DNA from: Ranitomeya imitator
Taxonomy: Eukaryota
Assembly (NCBI RefSeq): GCF_032444005.1
Contig: NC_091283.1
Location: forward strand, 29,450,001 to 29,514,000
Direction: 5' to 3'
Length of the DNA stretch: 64,000 bases
A program made the position numbers and the translations under genes. Each line of letters starts with the position of its first letter. The stretch's first letter is position 1. This document shows, piece by piece, positions 37,421-48,575 of the stretch. The notes under the pieces are model-generated. The model searched no databases. It was not told where the DNA came from and saw only the letters and a list, made by a program, of their open reading frames with translations.

Positions 37421-40400
37421 CTCACTGACATATATATATATATATATACCTATTCTATGTGTACACATTTATTATACCTATTCTATTGTAAGCTGTCAGT
37501 GTGATTTTACTGTACACCGCACTGAATTGCCGGCTTTCCTCTCTAACACCGCTGCGTATTCCTCGCAAGTCACACTGCTGGTCCGTGTGTAATCCGTATT
37601 TTTGGGGCTTCCATAGACTTTCATTGATGTTTTATTTGCGCAATACGGTGACAAACGCAGCATGCTGCTATTTTCTACGGCCGTAGAAAGCCGTATAATA
37701 CTGATCAGTTTAATACGGCAGATAGGAGCAGGGGCATAGAGAATAATTGTGCCGTTTGTTTTGCGAGTTTTACGGACGTAGTTTCTGCGCTCTTACGTCC
37801 GTAAAACTCGCAAGTGTGAAGCCGGCCGTAGACGTAATAAATCTGCCTGGAAGTTGTCGGCTGCACATCCTCACATCAGTTTTGGTGAGTGATGTGCAGA
37901 GTGAATATTTGTGACTTTTTGTGCGAGTTGCAACTATTTGGAACTCACTTTAATGCAAAAACTGGTGGCCATAAATGTAATAAATGTGGTCCATAGTGTT
38001 ACCCTAGAATAGAATTATTTGCCATTTTTATTACCTACCAAACATTTTGATGTTACCTCTTTTTGATAGAAATTATATTTTATGTATTTTTAATTTATTT
38101 TTATTAGTTACTTTTATTTTAATTGCCTGAACCTCACTCTTAGAAAAAAAAGTGCCTATAAAACAAGCACTTTTTCAATTCCCTGTTTATTAAAATTTGC
38201 AACAGTTTTTGAGATATTAACACTTTTCTTTTCGGCTCGTTACCTAGGAGACCGACCACCACTGCTGTCCAGTTTGTAAGCACTGTGCTGAAACTGGACA
38301 GGATTTGGAGGTAACAGCGCGCTCCACCGATCCTGGACAGCTTCAGTGCAGCACTGACATGTTACACAGAAAAGAGCTTGTAAACACTGAACGTTTGGCA
38401 GCGGTGGTCGGTCTCCTAGGCAACAAGCTGTAGACAAACATGTTAATATGTCAAGAACGACTGCAAATTTTAATATACAGTAAATTGCAAAAGTGCAATA
38501 CCCAATAATGTCCTTTCATGAAAATGGGAATAATCCGTTCCTTTAAGTAGTTAATTATTTCAATAATTACACAGTATGATGAGGAGCTTTCACTTTAGAT
38601 GTGGGTGGCTGCAATATCCCCTCCGACATGCACGCATGGGGGTCTCACCATTCTCCGGTAATACTCGTTGTCATATTCGGATACCGGTTTCCCGTCCAGG
38701 AGGATTTGTCCTTGTTGTGGTTGATAAAACTTCAGCAGCAGCTGCACCACGGTGGATTTACCAGCATCACAAGCGCCAACCAAAGCCGTCACCTGCCCCT
38801 CACGTAGGTCAAAAGAGACATCCTAGAGGATTATAACAATATGTATCAGTCCATACAGGTGTATCAGTGTTAGAGAAACCACCGTCTGAGTCTGAACATC
38901 ATCCGGTCACTTCCGTACCTGTAGAGCCGGGGTGTCCTTCCGTTTCGGGTAGGAGAATGTGACATTCTTGAACTGGACGTGTCCTTTAAGATGAGCCAGC
39001 TTGAGGTTTCCTGGTGGTGGCAGCTGCGGAGTCCGGTCCATGTACTCAAACACTTTTTCGGATGATCCTACGGCTTTTTTTACATTTGGGTACAAGCTCT
39101 GCAGCACCTGGATGAAGAGGCGGAGGGGATTATTAAAGGAGAGGTCAGAGTGGCAGGGCAGCAATGTCACTTACAGATGCGGCATTCACCATCTTGATGG
39201 GCGGCCGCTATATTATATCTGAGTGTTCAGCCATGGTGTGCACAATGGGGTCTGCACATGTCCTCCATGAGTCCTGCTCTAATGAATAGGACAGGTGGAT
39301 GATGCCATCTGATGGTGGACACGTCCCAGGATACCTGTAGATGTGACGGCATCGCTGCCGCTCACCCCCTGATGCCATCTATCAGGCTGACACATTGTGC
39401 CACATGGTGCCCACATCTCAAGCTCCCCTTCTCCTGGGTCGTGACTGCCAACTGCACCCCCTATACCATACACAATAAATGCAGCAGCGATCTGACCTCT
39501 AGGGATGAGACCCCCTATATAGCAGCACATAGAGCTGCACGCCATGCCCAATACAGAGGTCACCTTGTGTACATGCAGCCGCTCACCCCCACAGCCTCCG
39601 TGAACTGCAGCTCGTACAGGACAAACGACACCAGCTCCCCTCCGCTGACCTCGCCGTACGTCACTAACCGGCCACCAAAGTACAGGATGGCCACCTTCAG
39701 CACGAGCCCGGACATCTGTGGGGAAAAACACTGAACGTTAGTGTCCCAATCTGTGCCACCCCCATAATTCACTGCTGGGGCGGTGCAGGATGTGTGGTTC
39801 TCTTTATTAAAGGATTCTTTCTAGGGCCCCTTTAAAGAGCTGATTAGAGAGGACACCTAGAGTCAGATTCTGAGAACGTGCCTCTAAAGTCACCTATTGA
39901 AATGAATGGACGCTCATGAATTCATTGTCTATGGGACTGCTACGAGTCACCGCTGCGGACAGTGACTGGCTGAGTCGGCATTTTCTGCTATTCCTGCCAG
40001 TCGAGATGGGGCTAGAAAGTATTCGGAGCAGAGCTATGGAGGGGAACGGTGGTAAGGCATTTTAAAACCAGTGTCAGTCCTTGTTACAACTCATGGCTCC
40101 TCGCGGGACGACCTCGGAGAACACCCAGTACTCACACTGTTGGCCACCGAGTTGAAACCGTAGGCCATGGCCTCCACCTTGTTGAGCGCGTAGATGTCCT
40201 GCAGCTTGGCCTCGTAGCGCTGACATTCTCCATCTTCGTTAGCGAAGCTCCGCACCGTCTTCATGTTGGAGAAGATCTCCAGCACCACCTGATTGGCTGC
40301 CGAAAGGGATTTCTGGACCTTAACAGCTGAACTCTGCAGAAAAGAAGGAACGTTATCTGGTTGGTCTCCTTGTGGACTCACACGTACGCTGCTTTTGTAT

Positions 40401-43400
40401 GTTAGGGTGTATCCAGACATGGCTGCCGTGGTGCTGTCCTTGGTACTCACTGGCAAACGCAGCAGTTTTTTGTTTTTTGTACCCAAAGTTGCACCAAAGA
40501 CCAACGTCTGCTCATCCCGCAAAAAACAAGTCCTCACACAGATCCATAGATGGAAAATGAAAACGTTTCGGGGGCTCAGACAACGGTGACATGATCCTGA
40601 ATATGATTTATAAAGCTCTAAATATATTTTAGCCACTAAAATATATAAAAAATGTAATCAATCTGACCCGGCCGGCCATTTTACTCTGTCAGTTTAATTG
40701 CATAATATAAAGGAAACCACAAAACAATGGTGGAGTTGTGTTTTTTTTTTCTCACTATTTCACTGCACTTGGAATTTTTTCCTATTTTTCTGTAAATTAT
40801 AAGGTAAAGTGAACGGTGTAATTCCAAAGTACAACTCGTCCTCCTAAAAACAACTTCTTGGAAGAAGAAGAAAAAAAATACAAAAACATGAAAAAAACAA
40901 AGCTGCCCGGTGGGTAAGGTGCAATTTTAAGGAGTTTTAAGATCTCCGCTTGCAGTCAGTACATTCTGAATTGAATGTAAGGAGCCATGAGTCTGGAGCT
41001 CAGGATTGGGGAGAGACTTGTTGCTGCGCAACTGGAACAAAGCCTCAGCAGTGTCACTATCATACGCTATCATCGGTCTCACCTGGGAAAAGGCTCCCGA
41101 TAGTTTTGGGACGATTGTGATCACCAGGAGGCAGAGCATAGTGAAGAGCGTCAGCTTAGCGGACAAGCTGAACATGAAGATGACCAGGAATATCAACCTC
41201 ATCAGGTACCACATCAGCAGGCTGAGGTCGTGGCTCAGCGCCTCGCTCATGGCTGTGATGTCACTCGTAAGGCGAGACGTGATGTCACCTGGAAAGGAAG
41301 CGCCATGTTTAGGAGACAGGACGCGATCAGCGAGGCCCCGTCAGACGTCGTCTGTGCGCACATCACCTGTGGACTCCGTGTCGAAGAACGTGATGTCCTG
41401 CGTCAGGATGGTGTGCAGCAGCCTCCCCTGGGTCTGGGTGTGCACCAGGCTCATGGTCACGTTGTACACACAGTCACAGAGGAACTCGGTCACAGCGCTG
41501 CACGCAACAAAATCACCATTACTGATAGGAAAACAAGATGTACTGTACAGACAGTGTGCGCTGAGCAGAAATGGGCCCTGTGCACGATATGTACCGACTA
41601 CGGGGAGAAGGGGGGATGATGCTGCAGTATCTCTGTGTCTGTGAGAAGGGAGATGGGGAGAAGGGGGGATGATGCTGCAGTATCTCTGTGTCTGTGAGAA
41701 GGGAGATAGGGAGAAGGGGGGATGATGCTGCAGTATCTCTGTGTCTGTGAGAAGGGAGATGGGGAGAAGGGGGGATGATGCTGCAGTATCTCTGTGTCTG
41801 TGAGAAGGGAGATGGGGATAAGGGGGGATGATGCTGCAGTATCTCTGTGTCTGTGAGAAGGGAGATGGGGTGAAGGGGGGATGATGCTGCAGTATCTCTG
41901 TGTCTGTGAGAAGGAAGATGGGAAGAAGGGGGGATGATGCTGCAGTATCTCAGTGTCTGTGAGATGGGGAGAAGGGGGGATGATGCTGCAGTATCTCTGT
42001 GTCTGTGAGATGGGGAGAAGGGGGGATGATGCTGCAGTATCTCTGTGTCTGTGAGATGGGGAGAAGGGGGGATGATGCTGCAGTATCTCTGTGTCTGTGA
42101 GATGGGGAGAAGGGGGGATGATGCTGCACAACCAACATCGGCGTCCTCACCTGCAGAGTGTGATCAGACTTATCGCCATGATGGAGTTCCAGAATATGGA
42201 GGGATCTTTCTTCTCTTGGATCCAGTCTGTCATCTTTCCTGTGTACGATGGCAGAACCATTTCACCTGGTTACACGGGACACAAGGAGCCACACGTTATA
42301 ATCATGGGCCGATCATCCACACTAGTATTTAATATAGCAGAGGAGCATACTGGACTGTGCTAGCTAAGGGGATTGTCCAGTATCGCTGTTAGAGGGGATC
42401 CTTGACATTATGAAGATGTTGGACCTAAGTGGTCATCTGGGTACAATGGCTATTGTGAACAGTAAGTGTTTCATTTCTCTGCAGTGCCCCTACAGGATAA
42501 ATGAAGCATTACACAAATACAGTTCAAATGAATGGTTCATCTGTGTAACGCGGGTCCTCCAGATCAAGAGCTGCTCTATGTAACCACTCTGTGCTCCGAA
42601 CGACGAGGGTCCTGAACAGAGGACCCCCTTATTTAGTCAGAATTCCCCAATAGGGTGTATGGAAATGGGATTTAGAGTGATGCTGTTAAGTCATTTTTAC
42701 TTTACAATGAATACCATAAAAACCATTTTACCACACTGAATTTTTTCCCCGATTTTTTTACTACATTATGCGGTAAAATTAATGACTAAAACTACTGTAC
42801 CGCACCGTACTAGTCCTGCAATAAACAAGCCCTCATATGGCCATGGGGACAGAAAGGTAAAAAAAAGTTTGGGCTCTTGGAACAAAAAACGTAAGCGCAA
42901 AAACAAAAATTGACAGCGTCCCTAAGAGACTGAGGGGCAGATACCAGAGAACAATACTCACTCCATGAAGACAGCACCAAAAACACGGACACCCACAGGA
43001 ACCGCCACCCGTAGGGCCTCAGAAGGTCCAGTAATCTCCACACTGAGGCCGGTGACTCCGTCACATCATCCTCGTCTTCATCCTCCAGGAAGAGCTGGTG
43101 CCAGACGAGGGTGGACGTCACCGTCATGAGGTACGAGTAGAAGAACAGGTCTGCGTGGCCGGATCGATGCAGGAGGTTTGTGCTGGTCCGTGGTAGCAGG
43201 ACAGCAGTGATGGTCGCACAACATGGCACCAGCAGGGTGAGGACGGCAGAGGACAGCAGTAATGGATTCTCCTGTAACCAGGGGGGCAGTTTTGATATTC
43301 GTCCCACGCCAAGTGTCAAGATAACCAGTCGTACCAGGCCCAGTACCCATGTCTGGAGGAGGTTTGGGGGCAAAAGAAGGGTCAGCAGGTGCAAAGTGGC

Positions 43401-43445
43401 ATAGTCCACCCCGAGGAGGCAGCACAATGAGCAGACGGGATGCAT
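28478..43445 (-). CDS. TAP1: Antigen peptide transporter 1, complete, 715 aa
   Basis: Exons: 43445-42962 (484), 42265-42151 (115), 41497-41367 (131), 41288-41083 (206), 40333-40136 (198), 39715-39587 (129), 39107-38919 (189), 38822-38649 (174), 31297-31138 (160), 29367-29231 (137), 28702-28478 (225). Total 2148 nt, all GT-AG and in frame. Canonical LSGGQ plus Walker B LILDD (D for the catalytic E) is the TAP1 hallmark. The start codon follows an acceptor at 43449. Confidence 0.95.
29460..30740. repeat. 18-bp minisatellite (cacagagaacatcagcc[a/g])n in TAP1 intron 9
   Basis: Direct tandem array of ~70 units; explains the long ORFs on both strands. Confidence 0.97.
32184..33829 (+). mobile_element. 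Tc1 DNA transposon, decayed transposase
   Basis: TA|CAGTTAGGTCC...GGACCTAACTG|TA with TIRs over 200 bp. Transposase fragments ([30 protein letters not shown]) carry a premature TGA at 32613-32615 and a frameshift near 32945. Confidence 0.93.
33855..35461 (-). mobile_element. Full-length Tc1 (DD34E) transposon with intact 340-aa transposase ORF
   Basis: TA|CAGTGGGGCAAAAAAG...CTTTTTTGCCCCACTG|TA with ~210-bp near-identical TIRs; ORF 35094-34072. Confidence 0.96.
34072..35094 (-). CDS. Tc1-like transposase
   Basis: [16 protein letters not shown]..., GAPRK linker, [14 protein letters not shown] and SPDLNPIE, with exactly 34 residues between the second D and the E. Confidence 0.93.
   Translation of the reverse strand: MVKTKELSKDTRNKIVALHQAGKTESAIANQLGVKKSTVGAIIRKWKTYKTTDNLPRSGAPRKIPPRGVRMITRTVSKNPRTTRGDLVNERQRAGTNVTRPTISNTLRHHGLRSCSARRVQLLKPVHVRARLKFAREHLDDPEEFWENVLWSDETKLELFGRNTTCRVWRKKNTELHPSNTIPTVKHGGGNIMLWGCFSAKGPGRLIRVHERMNGAMYREILSANLLPSARALKMKHGWVFQHDNDPKHTARATKEWLRKKHFKVLEWPSQSPDLNPIENLWRELKVRVAKRKAKNITALEEICMEEWANIPTTVCGNLVKTYRKRLTSVIANKGYITKY
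35467..37370. repeat. ~1.9-kb foldback palindrome centred at ~36415
   Basis: The left arm 35467-36410 is the imperfect reverse complement of 36425-37370 throughout. Confidence 0.92.
36339..36500. promoter_or_regulatory. Three CTCF-consensus motifs at the foldback centre
   Basis: CCAGCAGAGGGCGC on the minus strand at 36339-36352 and 36411-36424 (14/14 match to CCASYAGRKGGCRS); CCAGCAAAGGGCGC on the plus strand at 36487-36500 (13/14). Confidence 0.6.
41600..42125. repeat. 53/46-bp minisatellite in TAP1 intron 2
   Basis: gctgcagtat recurs every 53 nt (41621, 41674...) and later every 46 nt; G-rich on the plus strand. Confidence 0.93.
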
Positions 43446-44019
43446 CGCCTGATAACAGAGAGAAAATAGCACGAATAAGACTGTGATTATGTAATTATGG
43501 CGGACTATAGATAATGAAGGCGTCATGGAGGGACAGAGGAAGCCATCTCCTTCCGACTCACCGCCTAGATGCAGTGGTCAGCACTTAGTGCAGTAGCTAA
43601 GGGGTTAAACTCCCCAAACCAGTGACTGTGGTAAAATACAGCCCACAGACAAACAAATTAAATGACGCCTGTGGTACAAGGCGATTATCGAGGTGATCAA
43701 GTGAGCACAGGTTCAAGTACTAGTAAAAGATGTAAAAAAAATAGTTACACATTTTTTTTTAGAAACGGCAAAGAAAAATTAATTTTCATGTTCATGTCAC
43801 ATAATGTAAAAAATAGAGTTGAGTGAAAAGATTTGCAGGAACCCGGTCACATTGGTGGTCGTTGGCCACCAGATCCAAATCCTGTGGATCTTCTCCTACC
43901 TACCGGCATGGCGCATTTTCTGGTTTGTGAGCTCGGGGTCATGTCATGAAATCTCCTGGCCGACCAATCAGAGGAACTGTGGATATCGGCAGGTAGGAGG
44001 CAGCTGCTCTCGTAGCCAA

Positions 44020-44385
44020 GGACCACCAACATGACCGTTGGAACCACCAACGTGACTGCTGGGACCACCAACAAGACCAACGGGACCACCAACGTGACTG
44101 CTGGGACCACCAACAAGGCCAACGGGACCACCAACGTGACTGCTGGGACCACCAACAAGGCCAACAGGACCACCAACTTGACTGCTGGGACCATCAACGT
44201 GACCGATTGGGCCTATAACGTGACCGCTGGGACCAATGTGACCACCAACGCAATCGCTGAGACCATCAAGACCTCTGAGACCACCAATGTGACCGCTGGG
44301 ACCACCAACACGATTGCTGGGACAACCAACGTGATCGTTGGAACCACCAAGATCTCTGGGACCACCAACGTGACTGCTAAGACCG
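44020..44385 (+). repeat. ~21-bp degenerate tandem repeat (accaccaacgtgactgctggg)
   Basis: Visible 7-codon periodicity; lies between the TAP1 ATG exon and the Helitron. Confidence 0.85.
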
Positions 44386-44464
44386 GGGTCCTACAAAGCT
44401 TTTTTTGCTCAACTCTTATAAATGATGAAATGAATACATCTGACATTGCCACAACGGCTAATAA

Positions 44465-47400
44465 TCTACTATATAATTGTCTAAGGGTCACTTCCGTCTT
44501 TCTGTCCTTCTGTCTTTCTGTCACGGATATTCATTGGTCGCGGCCTCTGTCTGTGAAGGAAATCCAAGTCGCTGATTGGTCGCGGCAAAACAGTCACGAC
44601 CAATCAGCAACGGGCACAGTCCGGAAGAAAATGGCCGCTCCTTCCTCCCCGCAGTCAGTGCCCGGTGCCCGCATACTCCCCTCCAGCCACCGCTAACACA
44701 GGGTTAATGCCGGGGGAAACGGACCGCGTTATGCCGCGGGTAACGCACTCCGTTACCGCTACTATTAACCCTGTGTGTCCCCAACTTTTTACTATTGATG
44801 CTGCCTATGCGGCATCAATAGTAAAAAATGTAATGTTAAAAATAATAATAAAAAAACCCAAAAAACCTGCTATACTCACCCTCCGTAGTCCGCCGACCCA
44901 GCCGCCATCTTCCGTTCCCGGCGATGCATTGCGAAATTACCCAGAAGACTTAGCGGCCTCGCGAGACAGCTAAGTCATCTGGGTAATTTCGCAATGCATC
45001 CTGGGAACGGAAGATGGCGGCAGCCGCGCACTACAAGGATCGCAAGGTGAGTATGTTGGAACTACACGGGGCCCTCGGATCGGAAGGTAAGTATGTTTAT
45101 TTTTTATTTTTTAACCTGTGACATACGTGACTGGGCAATATACTACGTGGCTGGGCAATATACTACGTGTCTGGGCAATATACTACGTGGCTGGGCAATA
45201 TACTACGTGTCTGGGCAATATACTACGTGGCTGGGCAATATACTACGTGTCTGGGCAATATACTACGTGGCTGGGCAATATACTACGTGACTGGGTAATA
45301 TACTACGTGGGCTGTGCAATATACTACGTGACTGGGCAATATACTACGTGGCTGGGCAATATACTACGTGGCTGGGCAATATACTACGTGGGCTGTGCAA
45401 TATACTACGTGACTGGGCAATATACTACGTGGCTGGGCAATATACTACGTGGCTGGGCAATATACTATCTGGCTGGGCAATATACTATGTGGCTGGGCAA
45501 TATACTACGCGACTGGGCAATATACTACGTGACTGGGCAATATACTACGCGACTGGGCAATATACTACGTGGCTGGGCAATATACTACGAGGCTGGGCAA
45601 TATACTACGCGACTGGGCAATATACTACGTGACTGGGCAATATACTACGTGGCTGGGCAATATACTACGTGACTGGGCAATATACTACGTGACTGGGCAA
45701 TATACTACGCGACTGGGCAATATACTACGTGCTGGGCAATATACTACGCGACTGGGCAATATACTACGTGACTGGGCAATATACTACGTGGCTGGGCAAT
45801 ATACTACGTGACTGGGCAATATACTACGTGACTGGGCAATATACTACGCGACTGGGCAATATACTACGTGGCTGGGCAATATACTACGTGGCTGGGCAAT
45901 ATACTACGCGACTGGGCAATATACTACGCGACTGGGCAATATACTACGTGGCTGGGCAATATACTATGTGGCTGGGCAATATACTACGCGACTGGGCAAT
46001 ATACTACGCGACTGGGCAATATACTACGTGGCTGGGCAATATACTACGCGGCTGGGCAATATACTACGCGACTGGGCAATATACTACGTGACTGGGCAAT
46101 ATACTATGTCACTGGGCAATATACTACGTGGCTGGGCAATATACTACGTGGCTGGGCAATATACTACGTGACTGGGCAATATACTACGCGACTGGGCAAT
46201 ATACTACGTGGCTGGGCAATATACTACGTGGCTGGGCAATATACTACGCGACTGGGCAATATACTACGCGACTGGGCAATATACTACGTGGCTGGGCAAT
46301 ATACTACGTGGCTGGGCAATATACTACGCGACTGGGCAATATACTACGTGACTGGGCAATATACTATGTCACTGGGCAATATACTACGTGGCTGGGCAAT
46401 ATACTACGTGACTGGGCAATATACTACGTGGCTGGGCAATATACTACGTGGCTGGGAAATATACTACGTGGCTGGGCAATATACTACATGGCTGGGCAAT
46501 ATACTACGTGGCTGGGCAATATACTACGTGGCTGGGAAATATACTACGTGGCTGGGCAATATACTACGTGGCTGGGCAATATACTACGTGTCTGGGCAAT
46601 ATACTACGTAGCTGGCCAATATACTACGTGTCTGGGCAACATACTACGTGGCTGGGCAATATACTACGTCACTGGGCAATATACTATGTGGCTGGGCAAT
46701 ATACTACGTGGCTGGGCAATATACTACGTGACTGGGCAATATACTACGTGACTGGGCAATATACTACGTGGCTGGGCAATATACTACGTGGCTGGGCAAT
46801 ATACTACGTGACTGGGCAATATACTACGTGACTGGGCAATATACTACGTGACTGGGCAATATACTACGTGGCTGGGCAATATAGTACGTGGCTCTGTGCT
46901 GGGCAATATACTACGTGACTGGGCAATATACTACGTGGCTGGGCAATATACTACGTGGCTGGGCAATATACTACGTGACTGGGCAATATACTACGTGGCT
47001 GGGCAATATACTACGTGGCTGGGCAATATACTACGTGACTGGGCAATATACTACGTGGCTGGGCAATATACTACGTGACTGGGCAATATACTACATGGCT
47101 GGGCAATATACTACGTGACTGGGCTATATACTACGTGGCTGGGCAATATACTACGTGACTGGGCAATATACTACGTGGCTGGGCAATATAGTACGTGGCT
47201 CTGTGCTGGGCAATATACTACGTGACTGGGCAATATACTACGTGACTGGGCAATATACTACGTGGCTGGGCAATATACTACGTGACTGGGCAATATACTA
47301 CGTGACTGGGCAATATACTACGTGGCTGGGCAGTATACTACGTGGCTGGGCAATATACTACGTGACTGGGCAATATACTACGTGGCTGGGCAGTATACTA

Positions 47401-47976
47401 CGTGGCTGGGCAATATACTACGTGGCTGGGCAATATACTACGTGGCTGGGCAATATACTACGTGGCTGGGCAATATACTACGTGACTGGGCAATATACTA
47501 CGTGGCTGGGCAATATACTACGTGGCTCTGTGCTGGGCAATATACTACGTGATTGGGCAATATACTACGTGGCTCTGTGCTGGGCAATATACTACGTGGC
47601 TGGGCAATATACTACGTGACTGGGCAATATACTACGTGGCTGGGCAATATACTACGTGGCTCTGTGCTGGGCAATATACTACGTGATTGGGCAATATACT
47701 ACGTGGCTGGGCAATATACTACGTGGCTGGGCAATATACTACGTGACTGGGCAATATACTACGTGGCTGGGCAATATACTACGTGGCTGGGCAATATACT
47801 ACGTGGCTGGGCAATATACTACGTGACTGGGCAATATACTACGTGGCTGGGCAATATACTACGTGGCTGGGCAATATACTACATGGCTGGGCAATATACT
47901 ACGTGACTGGGCAATAAACTACGTGGACATGCATATTCTAGAATACCCGATGCGTTACAATCGGGCCACCATCTAG
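44465..47976 (+). mobile_element. Non-autonomous Helitron with an expanded 20-bp minisatellite (~45128-47925)
   Basis: A|TC at 44464/44465, the same internal blocks as 4595-6318, hairpin cccgat...atcggg and CTAG|T at 47976/47977. Confidence 0.8.
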
Positions 47977-48120
47977 TAAAGTATAATGGGGAACAACTCG
48001 CCCCCCCAAAAAAAATGGTATAAAGAGATAGGAAAGTCTGAAGGACCCAAAAATGGTGTAAAGAAAAACTGCAAATACATAAATAAAGTGCATAAATGCG
48101 GCCTCCCCCGTATCACTGTA

Positions 48121-48575
48121 CCTCAGCCCGATGCGATCCTCTCTGCCTCTGATCCGATGGGATCTGCTGCTGCTGCTGTGCGGACGATCAGAAATCCCCG
48201 GGGCTTCCCGGAATCGCTGCAGTGACAGGAGATCGAAAGTGAAAGTTACCGGTAATATAATACAGTGTTACACAGGACGGCTCATAACTAGCCGAGGAGG
48301 ACCGACACCCGACACCCGGGCACCGACACCCGAGCACCGACACCCGGCCGCTACATGTGAGCACCGACACCCGGGCACCGACACCCGCAGCGTCCCGGCT
48401 CAGTCACAGCCGCAGAAGACGCAGCGGACGCAGTGAGTACAGTGTGCACTACAACTCCCAGCAGGGTGTCATCCACTCATCACCTATCTATGTCCCGATC
48501 AGTCCCGATATGATGGATGGGAAATAATCACCAGAGTTCAGCTCCTTAACCCCTTAGTGCCGGAAGGGATTTTCC
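48121..48575. promoter_or_regulatory. IFN/NF-kB-responsive, probably bidirectional promoter upstream of TAP1
   Basis: kB GGGGCTTCCC 48200-48209 overlapping GAS TTCCCGGAA 48205-48213; ISRE GAAAGTGAAAGT 48235-48246; ZNF143-type ACTACAACTCCCAGCA 48448-48463; kB GGGATTTTCC 48566-48575. CpG-rich, with divergent splice donors (minus GAG|GTACAG at 48121, plus GCA|GTGAGT at 48433). Confidence 0.75.
48300..48390. repeat. 14-bp CpG-rich repeat (gcaccgacacccg[g/a]) within the promoter
   Basis: About 6 copies, period 14. Confidence 0.8.

Larger units (their letters stand above)
31907..37827. mobile_element. Harbinger-like non-autonomous host element containing a foldback core and two Tc1 insertions (TAP1 intron 8)
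   Basis: tta|GGCTGGCCTCACACT ... AGTGTGAAGCCGGCC|gta imperfect TIRs. The 25-nt spacer between the Tc1s (33830-33854) is the mirror image of 37411-37435. Confidence 0.6.

Noticed and set aside
45093-47906. Many overlapping '[12 protein letters not shown]' ORFs and a CRISPR-like look
   Set aside because: Head-to-tail 20-bp repeats without unique spacers, inside a Helitron, in eukaryotic DNA with no cas genes.
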